Part shown: in pieces, positions 60,592 to 64,000 of the stretch
Layout of the letters: each line of letters starts with the position of its first letter
Position numbering within the stretch: the first letter of the stretch is position 1
The notes under the pieces: model-generated
Database searches by the model: none
Seen by the model: only the letters and a program-made list of their open reading frames with translations
What the model was told of the DNA's origin: nothing
Assembly: GCA_963665115.1 (NCBI GenBank)
Contig: OY762007.1
Location: 2,240,001 to 2,304,000, forward strand
Length of the DNA stretch: 64,000 nucleotides
DNA from: an uncultured Rivularia sp.
Lineage (GTDB): Bacteria > Cyanobacteriota > Cyanobacteriia > Cyanobacteriales > Nostocaceae
Direction: 5' to 3'
Position numbers and translations under genes: made by a program

Positions 60592-63192
60592 TTAATCTAA
60601 CTTAGATTTTGCTTCCAAACTTTCCAAACGACTTCTAAGTTGTTGATTCTGCTGCTTGAGTTGTTCAACTTCGGTACGTAAATCGTTTACGGCACTATCA
60701 GATGAAGTCTTCCGAACCAATTTGTCAACTTCTTCCTCAGCATAACGACGCACGCGGCCATCGGGAGTTTGTTCGGCTAAAGTACGCAGAATTCCAATGG
60801 CTTTTTTATTTTCCATCTGTCCGAGGGAGTTTGCTACGGCAATTTGGGTTAAAAAGAAAGTTTCTTGAGAAATTTTGCTCAATCTTTCCAAAATTCTTTC
60901 TAAATTTGTGCTATCTTGACCAACAGAAATTTTTCCTAAAGCGCGAATTGCACCTAAACGCAGAGGTTGAGGAACGCCTAATTTGGTATAATCCAAGATT
61001 AAATTTAAAGCCGCCTCGCTGGTTTTTAATTCAGCCAAACCTGCGATCGCGCCATTTCTTACTACTTCATTCCAACCAGCTTTGGATTGCAAAATGTTCT
61101 CAAACAGCTTTATTACTTCTGCTTCATCGGGTTTGTCTTCTCCCACTGTTGCAGCAATCGAACCAATAGAAGCAACAGCAGCAGCTTCAACAGAATAGCT
61201 ATCATCTCCAGTTTGAGACAATTTTTTCAAAGCTTCATAGCTAGGAATAGTTTTGATCGTACCAAGTGCTTGCGCTACAGCCTTACGCACGTATGGGTTT
61301 GGATCTGATATATACTCGATTAAAACATCAAAAACTTGATCTAACTTAACTTCCGCCAGCTGTTTGACTACCTCTACACGCACACCCCAAAAATCATCAT
61401 TTTTCAAAGATTCCGATAGTGCCTTCACAGCTTCTAAACTATTCTTTTTTGCTAAAGCAACCGCTGCGTAAATTCGCGAAACGGGATTTGCATCGTGGAG
61501 TAACTGCGCTTTCAACTCAGGTATGGGATATTCTAAAGTCACTGTTTTCAGGTAATGATTCCCTACGTCAAAGCTGATAAAATCGGGTTTTTTCTCCACA
61601 GGGAAGTAAAAGCTCTGCTCCTTTTCCGAAACCTTTATCGTAAAAACTTTCAAATCATCAGTTCGATCGATATAGCCCAAACCGATGGGAATTCTTAAAT
61701 CAAATAAACTTTCGTCATTTTTATCATCCGAAGTTACCTGAGTTTGTGTTACCGTCACCTTCGCCAAATTCGCATCCCCATCCCAAGCATAAGCGACTTT
61801 AAAATCGGGATGTCCGCCACGATAAACGTACTGATCGAAAAGAAACGTTAAATTACGACCAGTAGCCTTTTCAATTGCTCGTAACAAATCTATGGTTTCT
61901 ACAGTTTGATGAGCATTACTGTTAACAAACTCACCTATAGCCAGCCAAAACAACTCTTCTCCCAACTGCGATCGCATCATATGATAGAGGCACGAACCTT
62001 TTTCATAAATATGGCGATCGTATAGCTCGATAGCTTCCCGGTAAACATGAGTTACCATTGGACGACGGTAGCGACTGCTGTCTTCAGCAATATAGCGGCG
62101 TGCTTGCTGCAAACGATAGTAATCTGCTTCTTGAGAACCATATTCGCGTTCCGTCCACATTACCTCAGAGTAACTTGCCATTCCCTCCTTAACCCAAGCA
62201 TGGGACCAATGCTTAATTACTACTAAATCGCCAAACCACTGATGCGCTAATTCATGAACAACCAAGCTTTCGGCATTGCGGTTATCAATAGCTGCTTTTT
62301 CATCAAGCAGACATCGATCCGTTAACAGAGTAGTAGAAGTATTCTCCATTCCCCCAAAAATGAAGTCATCAACGCAGACTTGCGCGTATTTTGGGAAAGC
62401 ATAATTTAATCCATACTTATCGCTGAGAAACTCCATCATTTGAGGAGTTTTACCCATAGTCCGTTTAGCATCTGCTTCCCGTCCCTTCTCTACATAGTAA
62501 GTAACGGGTTTATCCTGCCATTGGTCGCTAATTTCAGCAAAATCACCTACAGCAAGAGTCATTAAATAAGTTGGATGAACCTGCTTTTGCAACCAGTGAT
62601 AAACAACATAATCTTTATTTTCCCTATCTTCCTCGGTGTCTATTAATTCACCATTAGAAATAACCTTCAAAGGTTTAGGAACCTTTACCCGAATCTCCGA
62701 AGTAGATAATTGTCCGGGATAATCAAAGCAAGGAAACCAAAACCGCGAATCTTCGTCTTCTCCTTGAGTCCAGACTTGAGTCGGTTTATTGGGATAATGT
62801 TCGTCCGGTTGAATAAAATAAATCCCACGAGTCGGTTTTTCTACCGAGTAGGCGATAATAATATCAAGTCGCCGATTAATTTGAGTTGGAGAATTAAGTT
62901 CGATATCCAGATGTTCGCCATCGTAATTAAACTTTTGTGAAATTTCTCCAATAAAAACCGACTCAATATTTAAATTAACAGCATCCAAGTGTAAGCGGTC
63001 TACACCGTTACTTATCGGAGCCAAAGTTATTTTACAGGTGCCGCGAACAGTTTGGTTTACTATATCCAAACTTAGATCCAGGAAAATATGCTTTACCTGT
63101 CCAGGTCTATCCGGATTGTATTGCGGTTTTGCGCCTGGTGAAACAAAAGATTTGTGGCGCTGATTTTCGGTATCAAAATGTGACTGCAACAT
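60592..63192 (-). CDS. pepN: M1 family zinc aminopeptidase with C-terminal HEAT repeats and coiled coil
   Basis: GGMEN, HELAH-x18-E and IYEKG motifs; HEAT repeats. Confidence 0.9.
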   Translation of the reverse strand: MLQSHFDTENQRHKSFVSPGAKPQYNPDRPGQVKHIFLDLSLDIVNQTVRGTCKITLAPISNGVDRLHLDAVNLNIESVFIGEISQKFNYDGEHLDIELNSPTQINRRLDIIIAYSVEKPTRGIYFIQPDEHYPNKPTQVWTQGEDEDSRFWFPCFDYPGQLSTSEIRVKVPKPLKVISNGELIDTEEDRENKDYVVYHWLQKQVHPTYLMTLAVGDFAEISDQWQDKPVTYYVEKGREADAKRTMGKTPQMMEFLSDKYGLNYAFPKYAQVCVDDFIFGGMENTSTTLLTDRCLLDEKAAIDNRNAESLVVHELAHQWFGDLVVIKHWSHAWVKEGMASYSEVMWTEREYGSQEADYYRLQQARRYIAEDSSRYRRPMVTHVYREAIELYDRHIYEKGSCLYHMMRSQLGEELFWLAIGEFVNSNAHQTVETIDLLRAIEKATGRNLTFLFDQYVYRGGHPDFKVAYAWDGDANLAKVTVTQTQVTSDDKNDESLFDLRIPIGLGYIDRTDDLKVFTIKVSEKEQSFYFPVEKKPDFISFDVGNHYLKTVTLEYPIPELKAQLLHDANPVSRIYAAVALAKKNSLEAVKALSESLKNDDFWGVRVEVVKQLAEVKLDQVFDVLIEYISDPNPYVRKAVAQALGTIKTIPSYEALKKLSQTGDDSYSVEAAAVASIGSIAATVGEDKPDEAEVIKLFENILQSKAGWNEVVRNGAIAGLAELKTSEAALNLILDYTKLGVPQPLRLGAIRALGKISVGQDSTNLERILERLSKISQETFFLTQIAVANSLGQMENKKAIGILRTLAEQTPDGRVRRYAEEEVDKLVRKTSSDSAVNDLRTEVEQLKQQNQQLRSRLESLEAKSKLD

Positions 63193-63594
63193 CGATTTAT
63201 CTTGACCTTATAATTGGGAAAACTCTCAATTTAGTTAATAAAAAATAACATTATGTGGTGAATTTTGGTGAACTACCACCATATAAAGCTGCGCTTGCTT
63301 TACAAAACCCATTTACTTCAAAGTGCATTACTCATTTTAATTCCGATCTGGTTTTTTATGAGTAAAAATACTTGGATCTTGTTTTATATAGATTAGAATT
63401 ATTTGTCACCGTTATTCTTTTAGCCTATAGAGGTAAGAAAGATTTAGTGGTTAATGGATTATCTTACTGACGTAAATTTTGCCAAATTTTAAACCCTATA
63501 GTATGTAGAATGACTAATCTTATCAGTAAATACCCATAATATGTTGTATGGAATATGAAGTATAAAAGCTGAAGAATAAAATAGAACTTTGAGT

Positions 63595-63732
63595 AGATGG
63601 GGAGATGGGGAGATGGGGAGAGAATTATTAACTACTCACTACTCCTTACTCCTTACTTACTACTCCCTACTCACTACTCACTACTCACTACTTTCTACTC
63701 ACTACTCCCTACTCACTCCCTACTCCCTACTC
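63595..63732. repeat. Tandem repeats (GGGGAGAT, CTCACTA, CCCTACT)
   Basis: Direct reading. Confidence 0.85.
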
Positions 63733-63767
63733 GCAATTTAATTACCATCGTTATAAGAAAGAGAATA

Positions 63768-64000
63768 ATGTCTAAACTTAAGCCTAAATTTTTAATTCCC
63801 GCGATTGCTGCTGCTGTAGTCATCGGCGGCGGTATCGCAACTTATTTATACTTGAAAGGCGGCCCATCGGGAGGTATTTCTGATGCTAGTGCTAGCGCTA
63901 AACTAGTTCCAGATGATGCGATGATGGCAACTTATATTGCCACAGATCCAAAACTTTGGTCAAAATTAGAAGAATTTGGTACTCCTGAAGCACAAAAATT
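63768..64000 (+). CDS. DUF3352-like protein, 3'-truncated by window edge
   Basis: MSKLKPKFLIPAIAAAVVIGGGIATYLYLKG...SAKLVPDDAMMATYI; open to the window end. Confidence 0.65.
   Translation, partial: MSKLKPKFLIPAIAAAVVIGGGIATYLYLKGGPSGGISDASASAKLVPDDAMMATYIATDPKLWSKLEEFGTPEAQK

Noticed and set aside
2116..62020. Frequent GCGATCGC octamers
   Set aside because: The well-known cyanobacterial HIP1 sequence; a taxonomic clue only.

Overview
AT-rich chromosomal segment of a filamentous, probably heterocyst-forming cyanobacterium. This is inferred from frequent HIP1 GCGATCGC sites, heptamer tandem repeats, and the pipX-pipY-sepF-proC and hli genes. Core genes are hemE, rtcB, der, ecfT, a pabB/trpE-like gene, pipX, pipY, sepF, proC, a Ski2-like helicase, hliD, ald and pepN. 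Three accessory blocks stand out. (1) At 19.9-27.1 kb, an HTH-NB-ARC-WD40 (NLR-like) gene faces away from a run of small orphan genes, ending in a TPR protein and a small helical protein that share a GVAGNVEG(N/D)F amyloid-like motif. (2) At 27.9-39.3 kb, a 12-gene co-directional oxidative biosynthetic cluster encodes a GNAT-like protein, three Rieske oxygenases, a ferritin-like diiron protein, a CylC/AurF-like diiron enzyme, ferredoxin, a sterol desaturase-family enzyme, an acyltransferase and a GH3 ligase, with no PKS/NRPS/ACP. (3) At 47-59.7 kb is a Wzx/Wzy/Wzc exopolysaccharide cluster. Intergenic DNA carries many REP-like palindromes, MITEs and nested mini-repeats. Six genes carry single +1 homopolymer frameshifts, most likely sequencing errors. 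No rRNA, tRNA or CRISPR array was seen. All assignments come from reading motifs by eye; no database searches were run.
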